This document shows, piece after piece, positions 13,176 to 26,500 of a DNA stretch of 64,000 nucleotides. Numbering within the stretch: the first letter of the stretch is position 1; each line of letters begins with the position of its first letter. Made by a program: the position numbers and the translations under genes. The DNA lies in NCBI GenBank assembly GCA_002269645.1, contig NIVC01001957.1, positions 154,724 to 218,723 of the forward strand. The letters run 5' to 3'. Below the pieces are notes generated by a model. It saw nothing but the letters and a program-made list of their open reading frames with translations. It was not told where the DNA came from and did no database searches. Origin of the DNA: Macrostomum lignano. Its lineage: Eukaryota.

Positions 13176-14949
13176 ATGCTTAAGAAGCAACTTCTAATTG
13201 CTTTGGCATTTCTGCTAGCTGGCATTGGTAAGTGTATTGGTGAGGACAGTAAAAGTAAGAGTTATTAAAGGATTCAAAGATGAAAAAAGTAAATGACTGA
13301 ATAGAAGAGAGTGAGAGTGAGAGTGAGAGTGGGGTAAATGGGGAGAGGTGGAAGAGAGGAAGATTGGGAGAGAGGAGGGGAGAGAAAGACAGGGGGAGTG
13401 ACAGAAAGTGGGAAAGGGGGAGAGGGAAGAAGGAGAGATGGAGAGATGGGTCCAGGGAAGGAACGGGGAGCGATGGAGAGGGGAGAGAGAGAGGGAGAGT
13501 GGAAAGGGGATAAGGGAGGGAGAGAGGGAGAGTTGAGAGAGAGAGAGGAGAGGAAGAGAGGGAGAGTGGAGAGTGAAGAGGGGAGAAAGAGAGAGAAGAG
13601 TGGAGAGGGAAGAGGGGAGGGTGGGAGAGTGGAGATGGAGAATCAAGGAAACAAGTGGGGTGTTGATTCAAAGACGCAGATGGATGAAAATAAGATTAGG
13701 CCAGTGTAGGCAAAGCAGGAGATCAGTAGCTCTCCCCTTCGCCAAGTGATGAAGTTCCGCCACCCACAAAAACCCAGCCGTGGACTCAGGCGCTGCCATC
13801 TTGTGCTACAGCCGGGACCAATCGACAGGCGTGGCCAATGGAACTGTAGACGACTGCCCGTCTGACTTGGCCTGCTATCTGTACACAAAAGAAAAGGTAA
13901 CTACGGGTAAAACTTTACACACTTTTTTGGGAAAGTGTATGCATAATGCCGCCAGGCCCAGATGTTCCACACTTCCCTGAGTACTTGGTTTGAAACTAAA
14001 TTCCCAATAGTATAAAAGTATAAAAATATTATCCACCAGATAAGCTACGCAGGATGCGGTCGCTGCACAGAAGAAAACACTGAAGATCACAACTGCGAGT
14101 CTTGCACATCTGACTACTGCAACGACTGGCCTTCGCTAATCGGCTGTTTCTATGCTAAAAGCGAAACTAAAAAGGAAAATTGGTTAAAAATATCCTGCAA
14201 CAAGAAATTTTGCTACAGCTTTAACTACACTATCGGAGCCACGGTGAGAACTCGTTTCTGTAAAGCGAGACTGCTGCAGATATAGATTGCTTACAGAAAT
14301 CTTAAATAGATAGATTCCACACCCCGCTGAGAGAAGTGTGAAAGCAACACCCCCAATCTTCCACCCACACCCCACTGATAGCAGGTGTGAAACCAACACC
14401 CCTAATCTCCCACCCACACCCCACTGATAGCAGGTGTGAAACCAACACCCCCAATCTCTCACGTACACCCCACTGATAGCAGGTGTGAAACCAACACCTC
14501 CAATCTCCCACGTACTCCCCACTGATAGCAGGTGTGAAACCAACCCCCCACCCCCAATCTTCCACACCCCACTGATAGCAGGTGTGAGACCAACCCCCCC
14601 CCCCGATCTTCCACACCCCACTGATAACAGGTGTGAGACCAACCCCCCCCCCCGATCCCCCGATCTTCCACACCCCACTGATAGCAGGTGTGAGACTAAC
14701 ACCACAATACTTTACGAAGCGAAATACATTGAGACTGTAGTGTAGGACTAAAGTGTTAAAGGAATTTTATCCCCGAAATTGCAGTATTACGCTGCCGGTT
14801 GTGGTAACTGCTCTGGTTACGAAAAGTTCGATACCTGCAGAGTGTGCAGCACAGACTACTGCAACTCAGCTACTGCATTTTCAGCAGATAAATTACAATT
14901 TGTGGCCGGTGGCTTCATTATTCTGATCCTTCAGTCCTGGATAAATTGA
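13176..14949 (+). CDS. Secreted, probably GPI-anchored two-domain Cys-rich (Ly6/uPAR three-finger-like) protein, paralog 1, 179 aa; exons 13176-13227, 13778-13896, 14040-14243, 14785-14949
   Basis: Signal peptide MLKKQLLIALAFLLAGI, two 8-Cys units each ending C..DYCN, hydrophobic C-terminal tail. All junctions GT-AG and in phase (540 nt). Family assignment is by motif only. Confidence 0.85.
13305..13640. repeat. GA-rich polypurine low-complexity tract, intron 1 of Ly6-like paralog 1
   Basis: Almost pure G/A sequence. Confidence 0.85.
14320..14705. repeat. ~43-49-bp minisatellite (core CCCCACTGATAGCAGGTGTGAAACCAAC), intron 3 of paralog 1
   Basis: About 8 units with variable C-runs. Confidence 0.9.
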
Positions 14950-15399
14950 CTCCTGACAGATGCCGAGTAAGGGAGAAAAACGTACTCAAACTTGAAGAAA
15001 CACGAGTCTCTTTTAAAGACAGAAATACCAATAATGTGATGTTTTTTAATTTTTAAGCTCAAGTGTTGGTATCCAGATTTTAACTGCTATATAGGCTTTA
15101 GAAAACCCTTTTATCAGGGTTCTAATAACTAACTTCGATACATTTAAATTCTTCTGTTTTAATGAGCGTTCGTCAGTAGCTTGCAAAAATTATTTGCGGA
15201 ATAATTTAATTTGCCAGTTATTTGGAAAGCCACAAATAAATTACCATATTAGCAGAGCTTTTTTTTCAAACTATGTTGAAAATAGCGTAAAACCTAAGTG
15301 AACACTCGCTTCTTGTATACAGCTTTCTTGGTGTGAAAACTCAGCGGAGTAAAAATTATTTTGCCAAATCAGTAGCTCTGTCAGTACTTGATGGGTGAT

Positions 15400-15560
15400 C
15401 GTCTCTCTGACTCAGGGATCAACTCTGACTCAGGGATCAACTCTGACTCAGGGATCAACTCTGACTCAGGGATCAACTCTGACTCAGGGATCATCTCTAT
15501 GACTCAGTGATCAACTCTGACTCAGGGATCAACTCTGACTCAGGGATTAACTGAGGGATT
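15400..15560. repeat. 18-bp minisatellite (CTCTGACTCAGGGATCAA)
   Basis: About 8 units; related to the 20-bp array at 19.2-21.0 kb. Confidence 0.85.
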
Positions 15561-15561
15561 A

Positions 15562-16022
<461 letters not shown>

Positions 16023-16476
16023 GAGGGAGCAATGAAAACTGTCTGAAGCATTATTCCTTCCATTTGCATTAGCGAACTTCCATTTGCTCTTTTCAAAAAA
16101 AATTAGTTTGTGTTTTTTGTTCGAGCCAAGAAACTACTCTGCGTTTAGAATAGCCAGCATCATGCTGTGTACTGTACTCTGATGAGGCTGCCTCTTTAGT
16201 GTAGTCACTGGGTCTCAGCCTCTCCATTCATGCAGTGAAGCCTCACTATCCACTGCAGCTCATTTTCAGTTTAGACTGAATTCATTTCTTCGGCTAAGAT
16301 GACCCAGCCAGGTTTTCTAGCCCGAGACACAAAAATGAAACTCAAAGAAATAATAAAAATAGGTGCCCAGGTTGTGTATTTAAACCCGAAGTCGTTTGTA
16401 AGGCTTTCTTATTGTATATTTTTAATAAACAGTTCAACGACACGAACACCGGTTTTCTGTGAAATCAAACAGACAA

Positions 16477-16877
16477 ATGTCACGGACAAAACTTCTAATC
16501 CATTTGGCAACACTGTTTGCTGCTTTTGGTAAGACATTTGTACATTTACATTATTTTATTGAGGGAGAGATGGGAGAGAGGGAGAGAGGCATAGAAAGAG
16601 AGAGAGAGGGAGAGGGAGAGATGGAGAGAGGAAGAGGGAGAGAGGGAGAGAGGGAGAGGGAGAGAGAGAGGGAGAGAGGAAGAGGGAGAGAGAGAGGGAG
16701 AGAGGGAGAGAGAGAGAGAGAGAGAGGGAGAGAGGAAGAGGGGGAGAGAGAGAGAGAGAGAGAGGAAGAGGGAGAGAGGGAGAGAGGGAGAGGGAGAGAG
16801 AGAGGGAGAGAGGAAGAGGGAGAGAGAGAGGGAGAGAGGGAGAGAGAGAGAGAGAGAGAGGGAGAGAGGAAGAGGGG

Positions 16878-16916
<39 letters not shown>

Positions 16917-18876
16917 GGAGAGAGGAAGAGAGGGAGAGAGGGAGAGAGGGAGAGATGGAGAGAGGGAGAGAGGGAGAGAGAGAGGCATGAGAGAGGGATG
17001 AGAGAGGGAGAGAGGGAGAGAGGGAGAGAGAGAGGCATGAGAGAGGGATGAGAGAGGGAGAAAGGAAGAGAGGGAGAGAGAGATAGGGATAGTGGGGGAG
17101 AGAGAGATTATGCAGGGAGAGAAGAGAGGCAGAGGCGATAGGCGAAGTCAGACAAGTTCATCCCGCAGCCAACAGCCAGCATCATAGAATCCCTGCCACC
17201 TGTTCCCCCAGCCGTGGATTTCAGCGGTGCGATCTCTTGCTACAGCCGCGACAAGTCAACAGGCAGAGCAAATGGAACCGTATCCAACTGCACGTCTGAT
17301 TCAGCCTGCTATCGCTACACTGCTGACGAGGTGTGTAAATTTGTGCTTGTAGTCATTGGCGTCACGGATAGTGGCATTGGTGTCTAGGTGTGTAAGATGA
17401 ACTAGGACGCAGCTGGGTTTACTAAAAAATATTTTTCTTAAGTCAATCTCGAATTCACCACCAAGGTAAGCTACGCAGGATGCGGCACCTGCTCAGCTGC
17501 TGACACCAGAGATTACAACTGCGAGTCTTGCACAGCTGACTACTGCAACACTTGGCCACCGTTGACTGGCTGTCTGTATGCCAAAGGCGAGTACAGGAAG
17601 GAAAAATGGGTGAAAGTATCCTGTTCCCAAGCCAGCTGCTATCAGTTCAGCTATGGATACGGTCCTACTATTGTGAGATCTTTGACACTGTTATTCTAAC
17701 GAAACTTAACAACAATCTAACTGAGGTGTAGCATTTGAAAATATTGAATACCCAACGGGAGCAGGTACAAAACCAACCCCCAATCTTCCACACCCCACTG
17801 ATAGCAGGTGTGAAACCAACCCCCAATCTTCCACACCCCACTGATAGCAGGTGTGAAACCAACCCCCAATCTTCCACACCCCACTGATAGCAGGTGTGAA
17901 ACCAACCCCCAATCTTCCACACCCCACTGATAGCAGGTGTGAAACCAACCCCCAATCTTCCACACCCCACTGAGAGCAGGTGTGAAACCAACCCCCAATC
18001 TTCCACACCCCACTGATAGCAGGTGTGAAACCAACCCCCAATCTTCCACACCCCACTGATAGCAGGTGTGAAACCAACCCCTAATCTTCCACACCCCACT
18101 GATAGCAGGTGTGAAACCAACCCCCAATCTTCCACACCCCACTGAGAGCAGGTGCGAAACCAACCCACTATCTCCTACACCCCAGTGATATCAGCTGTGA
18201 AACCAACCCCCAATCTTCCACACCCCACTGAGAGCAGGTGCGAAACCAACCCACTATCTCCTACACCCCAGTGATATCAGCTGTGAAACCAACCCCCAAT
18301 CTTCAACACCCCACTGAGAGCAGGTGCGAAACCAACCCCCAATCTTCCACACCCCACTGATAGCAGGTGTGAAACCAACCCCCAATCTTCCACACCCCAC
18401 TGATAGCAGGTGTGAAACCAACCCCCAATCTTCCACACCCCACTGATAGCAGGTGTGAAACGAACCCCCAATCTTCCACACCCCACTGAGAGCAGGTGCG
18501 AAACCAACCCCCAATCTTCCACACCCCACTGATAGCAGGTGTGAAACCAACCCACTATCTCCTACACCCCAAGTGATATCAGCTGTGAAACCAACTCTCC
18601 ATCAGTTATATTCAAGTACTTTAAGCTTTAACTTATCAAGTATAAACTCTAACTAATCATGAACGAATAGTCAATAAAATTAATAAATGAAAACTTCAGT
18701 TCTTTTTTGCTGGCTGCGGTGACTGCGCAGATTACGGGAATTTCGACAATTGCAAGACTTGCGCAACCGACTATTGCAATTCAGCAAAGGTTCTGACTGC
18801 AGAGCAAACGAATTTGATGCTGACTGCAGCTGGAGGCCTTCTCGTGATGGTCATGCAGCTCTGGGGTCATGGATAA
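16477..18876 (+). CDS. Secreted, probably GPI-anchored two-domain Cys-rich (Ly6/uPAR-like) protein, paralog 2, 184 aa; exons 16477-16528, 17212-17330, 17466-17672, 18700-18876
   Basis: Same four-exon layout and phases as paralog 1 (52, 119, 207, 177 nt). [17 protein letters not shown] signal peptide, two 8-Cys units ending DYCN, hydrophobic tail. Exon 2 has 26/40 residues identical to paralog 1. Confidence 0.85.
16560..17130. repeat. GA-rich polypurine tract, intron 1 of paralog 2
   Basis: (GAGA/GGGA)n low complexity. Confidence 0.9.
17768..18600. repeat. 43-bp minisatellite (GAAACCAACCCCCAATCTTCCACACCCCACTGATAGCAGGTGT), intron 3 of paralog 2
   Basis: About 19 units. Confidence 0.95.
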
Positions 18877-19204
18877 CAGTTCCAATTTATCAGTAGCTAG
18901 AACTGATTGACTAACACTACAATGAGTTCTCTAAACTGACTCTGTTTATTTAAAAATAGACAAATTTTTATGGACTTTATACGTTTTTTATGGAAATTTA
19001 ACAACCTGCGTGAAATAATATTACCGATTTCATCAATGTTTTCGAAATAATCAAGTAAATTAAATCTTTTTTATTGTTAGATGCATATTTTTGTTTTAAT
19101 GAAACGATTTGCACAAAAGTTTTTCGTGTTGAAACCTTTTATTACGCCCGTATCCTAACTCCTTTGAAAACTCAGATTTTGTTCGCTCCCCTGGCTCAAT
19201 TATG

Positions 19205-20965
19205 ACCTCTCTGACTCAGTGATCATCTCTCTGACTCAGTGATCATATATCTGACTCAGTGATTATCTCTCTGACTCAGTGATCATCTCTCTGACTCAGT
19301 GATTATCTCTCTGACTCAGTGATCATCTCTCTGACTCAGTAATCATATATCTGACTCAGTGATTATCTCTCTGACTCAGTGATCATCTCTCTGACTCAGT
19401 GATTATCTCTCTGACTCAGTGATCATCTCTCTGACTCAGTGATCATATATCTGACTCAGTGATTATCTCTCTGACTCAGTGATCATCTCTCTGACTCAGT
19501 GATCATATATCTGACTCAGTGATTATCTCTCTGACTCAGTGATCATCTCTCTGACTCAGTGATTATCTCTCTGACTCAGTGATCATCTCTCTGACTCAGT
19601 GATCATATATCTGACTCAGTGATTATCTCTCTGACTCAGTGATCATCTCTCTGACTCAGTGATCATATATCTGACTCAGTGATTATCTCTCTGACTCAGT
19701 GATCATCTCTCTGACTCAGTAATCATATATCTGACTCAGTGATTATCTCTCTGACTCAGTGATCATCTCTCTGACTCAGTGATTATCTCTCTGACTCAGT
19801 GATCATCTCTCTGACTCAGTGATCATATATCTGACTCAGTGATTATCTCTCTGACTCAGTGATCATCTCTCTGACTCAGTGATCATATATCTGACTCAGT
19901 GATTATCTCTCTGACTCAGTGATCATCTCTCTGACTCAGTGATTATCTCTCTGACTCAGTGATCATCTCTCTGACTCAGTGATCATATATCTGACTCAGT
20001 GATTATCTCTCTGACTCAGTGATCATATATCTGACTCAGTGATCATATATCTGACTCAGTGATTATCTCTCTGACTCAGTGATTATCTATCTGACTCAGT
20101 GATCATATATCTGACTCAGTGATCATCTCTCTGACACAGTGATCATATATCTGACTCAGTGATCATCTCTCTGACACAGTGATCATATATCTGACTCAGT
20201 GATTATCTCTCTGACTCAGTGATCATATGTCTGACTCAGTGATTATCTCTCTGACTCAGTGATTATCTCTCTGACTCAGTGATCATATATCTGACTCAGT
20301 GATCATATATCTGACTCAGTGATTATCTCTCTGACTCAGTGATCATCTCTCTAACTCAGTGATCATCTCTCTAACTCAGTGATTATCTCTCTAACTCAGT
20401 GATCATCTCTCTAACTCAGTGATTATCTCTCTAACTCAGTGATCATATATCTGACTCAGTGATTATCTCTCTGACTCAGTGATCATATATCTGACTCAGT
20501 GATCATCTCTTTGACTCAGTGATCATCTCTCTAACTCAGTGATCATATATCTGACTCAGTGATCATATATCTGACTCAGTGATTATCTCTCTGACTCAGT
20601 GATCATATATCTGACTCAGTGATTATCTCTCTGACTCAGTGATCATATATCTGACTCAGTGATTATCTCTCTGACTCAGTGATTATCTCTCTGACTCAGT
20701 GATTATCTCTCTGACTCAGTGATCATACATCTGATTCAGTGATCATCTCTCTGTTCATCTCTCTGACTCACTGTTCATCATCTCTCTGACTTAGTGATCA
20801 CCTCTCTGACTCACTGTTCATTATCTCTCTGACTCACTGTTCATCATCTCTCTGACTTAGTGATCACCTCTCTGACTCACTGTTCATCATCTCTCTGACT
20901 TAGTGATCACCTCTCTGACTCACTGTTCATCATCTCTCTGACTTAGTGATCACCTCTCTGACTCT
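19205..20965. repeat. 20-bp minisatellite (CTCTCTGACTCAGTGATCAT and variants), ~77 regular units plus a degenerate tail
   Basis: Tandem units visible; nearly all contain TGACTCA. Confidence 0.97.
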
Positions 20966-21389
20966 GTGATACTCTTTTTAACTTGGCGATAATCTCTTTA
21001 TGTCGAGGAAGAGGATTTCTGAGTCCGAGTCTATGCATCATAAAAATTGTTTTTGATTGTAGTTTGCAGATAGCAAACAAAATACAATTAGAATTGCGCT
21101 TTCCTGAGTATCATATCGGCTAGCTGGATCCCATCAACCGGTATTGCATATAAGTTGATATTTATCGATTTGGAATTTTGCTGTTTACATTCTCATCTGG
21201 TAGATACTCGTGTGAAGCATTCCCTACTGCAGATGCTGAAAACTGTTTGCACTGCAGTTGAGGCACCAATCAGGGCTCTTGGAGACAATTAGCTATTAAA
21301 CGTTGTATAGCCTTTATCTGCTGAAGGTAACTATTTAATACTTGTCGATTTCAAAGTCCTCTTCTGCAGCCATCTTTCGGGAAACGAAA

Positions 21390-22835
21390 ATGGCATTGTT
21401 TTGGAACTCTGAAATAAAATTGCACCTTATCCTAATTTGGTTACTTCTCTCCGGGGCCTGCAGTCGTCAGCTCAATTATCATTTAATCGGCTGCTATGTT
21501 GACGACAATGGAGGCGTCAGAGATCTGTCTGGTTTTGTTGGGATCAACAGCTGGAGTAGCTACGTGGTAGTGACCGAACATGCTCAGGTGTACAGCGAGT
21601 TGATGACTCGACGATACTGCAGTCAGGTGTGCAGTCTAGGCGGATTCGTCTACATGGGACTGCAGAACGCGTACTCCTGCTACTGCGGCAACAAGTACGG
21701 CTCACAGGGAGCTGTCGCGTTAGCAGATTGTGGCAAACCATGCCCTGGAAATGGGAGCGAGACCTGCGGAGACATGGACAGGAACCTGGTCTTCGGATTG
21801 AATTACCTGGGTGAGTTGCGCGAAGCAGAAATTGGTCAGTGATTGAAATTGATGTAGGATTGACATGCGAAGCTCTTCCTAGTCGTTTGTGTTCTGCTCC
21901 GCCTGTACGCCTTTCTAGTTTAATTTAAACAAAATTGCAACCCAATTCAATAAGGTCATAGAGCATAAAATTGAGGTGGTTATGCCATAGACGAAAAACA
22001 GACGCTTACCCAACTGATATTTGCTCATTAAATACGCCTTTTCAACCTTGAATGTTCGTCAGCTAATTTCAAATATGACAAATTGCGTCTATGAAGAGAA
22101 TCTATGTGAAAACGTAAACAAATAGACGACTATTTTTTAGAATGTTACAGTCGTAAAGGCCAAATTCGAAGTTAACCGTGAGGCTTTTGAGGTTGAAAAG
22201 GTATAGTTGATTGAATAATAAATAAAAATTGATTACACCTGCCCTAATTGGGCCAGATGTGCAACCGACAGCTCAGCCGCAGCTATTGCGCGGCGCATCT
22301 GAAGGCTGCGTACGGCTGTTCAGTCCAAGGACTGGGGGGTCGCCACACACACCCTCAGTTACCCCAGCTAATGCTGGCACCCATTTTACAGCTGGGTGAA
22401 AGGAAACAATGCAGAGTCAAGTGTCTTGCTCAAGGACACAAATTGTTCACGTGGGCTCGGGAATCGAACCCCCGACCTTCAAGTCGTGAGGCCGACGCTC
22501 TGACCACTTGGCTACAACCCCCTAATTAGCTTGAGGATCTTTTGAATCTACTTTTGTTTACAAAATTTTCTGTGTGCACAATTTCAGAAAACAACCAATT
22601 CATATCGAAACCAACAAGACCGACAGTCACTGCCAGCGCTGCGTACGGAGAGCTGGCCTATCCGCGAATCATGGCCACCAGTGCTATCGATTGCATCAGC
22701 AGCTGCCAGACATTCAGGAAAGACTGCCAGGCCGTGATCTACATTCTGCCGAATCAGCTGTGCCACTTGCTGAAGTTTTCGCTGGTTCCGGAGGCTCTTG
22801 TTGGAGTGACTGGCCAGTTTTACGTTAGAGTCTGA
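21390..22835 (+). CDS. Secreted WSC-domain protein with a C-terminal PAN/apple-like domain, 222 aa; exons 21390-21810, 22588-22835
   Basis: Hydrophobic leader, then GCYVD...[27 protein letters not shown]...[14 protein letters not shown] (WSC pattern). Exon 2 has SAIDCISSC....CQAVIY.....CHL (PAN/apple-like pattern). Phase-1 GT-AG junction. Confidence 0.85.
22238..22522 (-). mobile_element. tRNA-derived SINE with CORE-like central domain (copy 1, in WSC gene intron)
   Basis: Minus strand: A box TAGCCAAGTGG and B box GGTTCGATTCC, followed by GTGTCCTTGAGCAAGACACTT...CAGCTGTAAAATGGG. Second copy at 25.4 kb. Confidence 0.8.
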
Positions 22836-22923
22836 CTGCCTTGAGATTCTGAGGTTTTGCTTATTTGAACTTGGCTCAACATTGAGCATCAAAGAGAAGA
22901 AAAAATATTGGTACATAGAAATA

Positions 22924-23155
<232 letters not shown>

Positions 23156-23569
23156 CGGAACAAAGCGCAATAAATCGATCTATTTCTGCTTCAAAAGCAG
23201 CGACAGCTACTGGTTGTTTATCCATGTTGGTAAATTTTTACAATCGAAAAGCAGCATGCACCGACGAACACAGCAGCCGCTGTAACCAGTGCGACTATCA
23301 CACCACAGAAGATGAAATTTCAATATTCGTATAGTATGCGAAAAGCAAGATGATCGAGGTCTATATTAATCTAACTACTGCTACAAGGCTACAGACTGAA
23401 CTATAACTAGTCTATCGATATTTTGCTAACAGCTGTTTGTTAGGTTGTCAGTTTGCTACAAAAAAAAACTACTTCGAAGCGACATGCAGCTCGCCAGACG
23501 CTGTAGCATGGGAGACGATTTCATAGAAATTCAGTATGAATTTCCCCACAGTACTGAACTTTGAGCATC

Positions 23570-26500
23570 TCAGAAGCGCGTCTCCTCGTGGTAGCCCTGA
23601 TTGTCCAGCCCGTCCTCCGGCAGAGCTCGCAGGTGTCCGTCGTCGCCTCGACCGACTGCCGAGTCAAAACCGCTTGACCTGTGCCGGAGGTCCGGGCAGA
23701 GGTGCGCCGGATGATCCAGCGAGCTGTACTCCGGCAGAGACAGCTGCTGCTGCTGTTCGTCGTGCATCGAGTGAAGGTAGCCGCTGTATGCTTCCAGATG
23801 GCGGACACATTCACTTGGTCGTCGAGACGAGCCGAGGCCGTGTAGCGATGGGTCCTCGCCGGCGCTGTGGCTGATGCTGTAGGTCCGCGTCTGTCGGCGC
23901 CGCTCTCGAGCCGCGTCGTTGGCGTGCTGCGAGATGGACACTCGGCGACTGCGGGTTTGCGAGCGAGTTTGTTTGCAAGGAGCTAAAGCCCCTTGGTGCT
24001 AAAGCCCCTTGGTGCTAAAGCCCCTTGGTGCTAAAGCCCCTTGGTGCTAAAGCCCCTTGGTGCTAAAGCCCCTTGGTGCTAAAGCCCCTTGGTGCTAAAG
24101 CCCCTTGGTGCTAAAGCCCCTTGGTGCTAAAGCCCCTTGGTGCTAAAGCCCCTTGGTGCTAAAGCCCCTTGGTGCTAAAGCCCCTTGGTGCTAAAGCCCC
24201 TTGGTGCTAAAGCCCCTTGGTGCTAAAGCCCCTTGGTGCTAAAGCCCCTTGGTGCTAAAGCCCCTTGGTGCTAAAGCCCCTTGGTGCTAAAGCCCCTTGG
24301 TGCTAAAGCCCCTTGGTGCTAAAGCCCCTTGGTGCTAAAGCCCCTTGGTGCTAAAGCCCCTTGGTGCTAAAGCCCCTTGGTGCTAAAGCCCCTTGGTGCT
24401 AAAGCCCCTTGGTGCTAAAGCCCCTTGGTGCTAAAGCCCCTTGGTGCTAAAGCCCCTTGGTGCTAAAGCCCCTTGGTGCTAAAGCCCCTTGGTGCTAAAG
24501 CCCCTTGGTGCTAAAGCCCCTTGGTGCTAAAGCCCCTTGGTGCTAAAGCCCCTTGGTGCTAAAGCCCCTTGGTGCTAAAGCCCCTTGGTGCTAAAGCCCC
24601 TTGGTGCTAAAGCCCCTTGGTGCTAAAGCCCCTTGGTGCTAAAGCCCCTTGGTGCTAAAGCCCCTTGGTGCTAAAGCCCCTTGGTGCTAAAGCCCCTTGG
24701 TGCTAAAGCCCCTTGGTGCTAAAGCCCCTTGGTGCTAAAGCCCCTTGGTGCTAAAGCCCCTTGGTGCTAAAGCCCCTTGGTGCTAAAGCCCCTTGGTGCT
24801 AAAGCCCCTTGGTGCTAAAGCCCCTTGGTGCTAAAGCCCCTTGGTGCTAAAGCCCCTTGGTGCTAAAGCCCCTTGGTGCTAAAGCCCCTTGGTGCTAAAG
24901 CCCCTTGGTGCTAAAGCCCCTTGGTGCTAAAGCCCCTTGGTGCTAAAGCCCCTTGGTGCTAAAGCCCCTTGGTGCTAAAGCCCCTTGGTGCTAAAGCCCC
25001 TTGGTGCTAAAGCCCCTTGGTGCTAAAGCCTTGTTAACCTTGCAAACTGTCTTCTGTTTGAGCTTCTTTTGTCCACTGAAAAGTTCTTTGAGTACTAAAA
25101 CAGTCGTTGAATAGACAGTATAGAGCTGTCATATTTACATAGACACTTGCATGAATTACATTAGCTAAACTTTATGAAAGAGTGTTTAATAAAATATTAT
25201 TTCACTAATGTTCTTTCGTACTCGGATAAACTGACGCCGCTGGTTGATGCACCGCCTTGCTCGCCAATGCTGCTTCCCGTTTCATCCTGAAAATTATGCA
25301 GACACTTGTATGAATGTAAATTCCATCTAGAACGAGTCATGGACAGCTGAAGTAGAAGGACTCTCTCGAATCGTACGAATGTCACCGGTAAAAATGTTAT
25401 TTTTTATTTCACACCTGACCTAATGGGCAGATGTGCAACCGACAGCTCAGCCGCAGCTATTTGCGCGGCGCATCTGAAGGCAGCGTACGGCTGTTCAGTC
25501 CAAGGACTGGGGGCCGTCAACACACAGCCTCAACTACCCCAGCTCATGCTGGCACCCATTCTACAGCTGGGTGATTTAATTAATGCAGAGTTAAGTGTTT
25601 TGTGCTCAAGAAAAAAGGTCGAGAATCGAACCACCGACCTTTTGATCTAGAGTTCGACTCTCTAACCACTAGGCTACAACCCCTTCTACAACATTCAGAA
25701 CGCATAATAATTATAAATTGATAAACTCTATTTTGTCCGAGGTTGACTCAAAACTTACTCGAATTCGGAAGTTCAAAAGGTGAAAAATCACTAAAAACAC
25801 AAATAACTTATCAATTTGCAAATTCAGCGTCCTTCTACTTTAGCTATTGATTGCACAATGAACAATATTTCAGTAGCCTCTGCACCTCAACCAGCTCCTG
25901 GTAGAAATTGGACAGCGCGTAAATCACCGCGTCGTGGACGGTCACAAACAGACCAGCTTCGGAGCGCTTGTCGAAGAAGTTGGCCTTCCTCAGAAGCGAA
26001 CGGACAAGCGAAGTGCAGCCGCACAAGTACATTTCGACGCCAATTTTACTGAAATCGTCGACAATTTTTGTCAGCAGACGGACACCCACGGCGTCAATGA
26101 AGGCGCAGGCCGACAGGTCCAAGATGATACAGAAGACGTTTACAGTCGGCTCGCTTTCGTCGTCGCTATCAACGGAAGCTGGAAGATCAGCCGAATCGAT
26201 GGAGCCCATGGATTCGTACGACTTTGAGGCGGTGATTGGCAGGTTCTTGAGCTCCTCCGAGGAGTTCAACTGGGCGCGCTGGCGAGCTATGGCGCTCTTT
26301 TATGGCAAATAATTGGGGGAAAGGTTAAGTCACTTTGTAAACAATCTCTGGTTAGAAAGTTCGTTTTTTAGGGGGCAGACTAGTTTAAGCAATCAACTCC
26401 GACGTCCGGTTTTCGTGCCAAGGTACCCAGGTTCGATTCCGTGTGTAATTCTGCAATAATTTGAGACCCTGTCCTAAGGCATATCTCGGTAAAGTCAGGG

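Noticed and set aside
22450-22522. tRNA gene on the minus strand
   Set aside because: It is the head of a SINE: it continues into a CORE-like body and has a second dispersed copy.
26371-26445. tRNA-like segment with B box GGTTCGATTCC
   Set aside because: No convincing cloverleaf or acceptor stem; at best a decayed SINE head.
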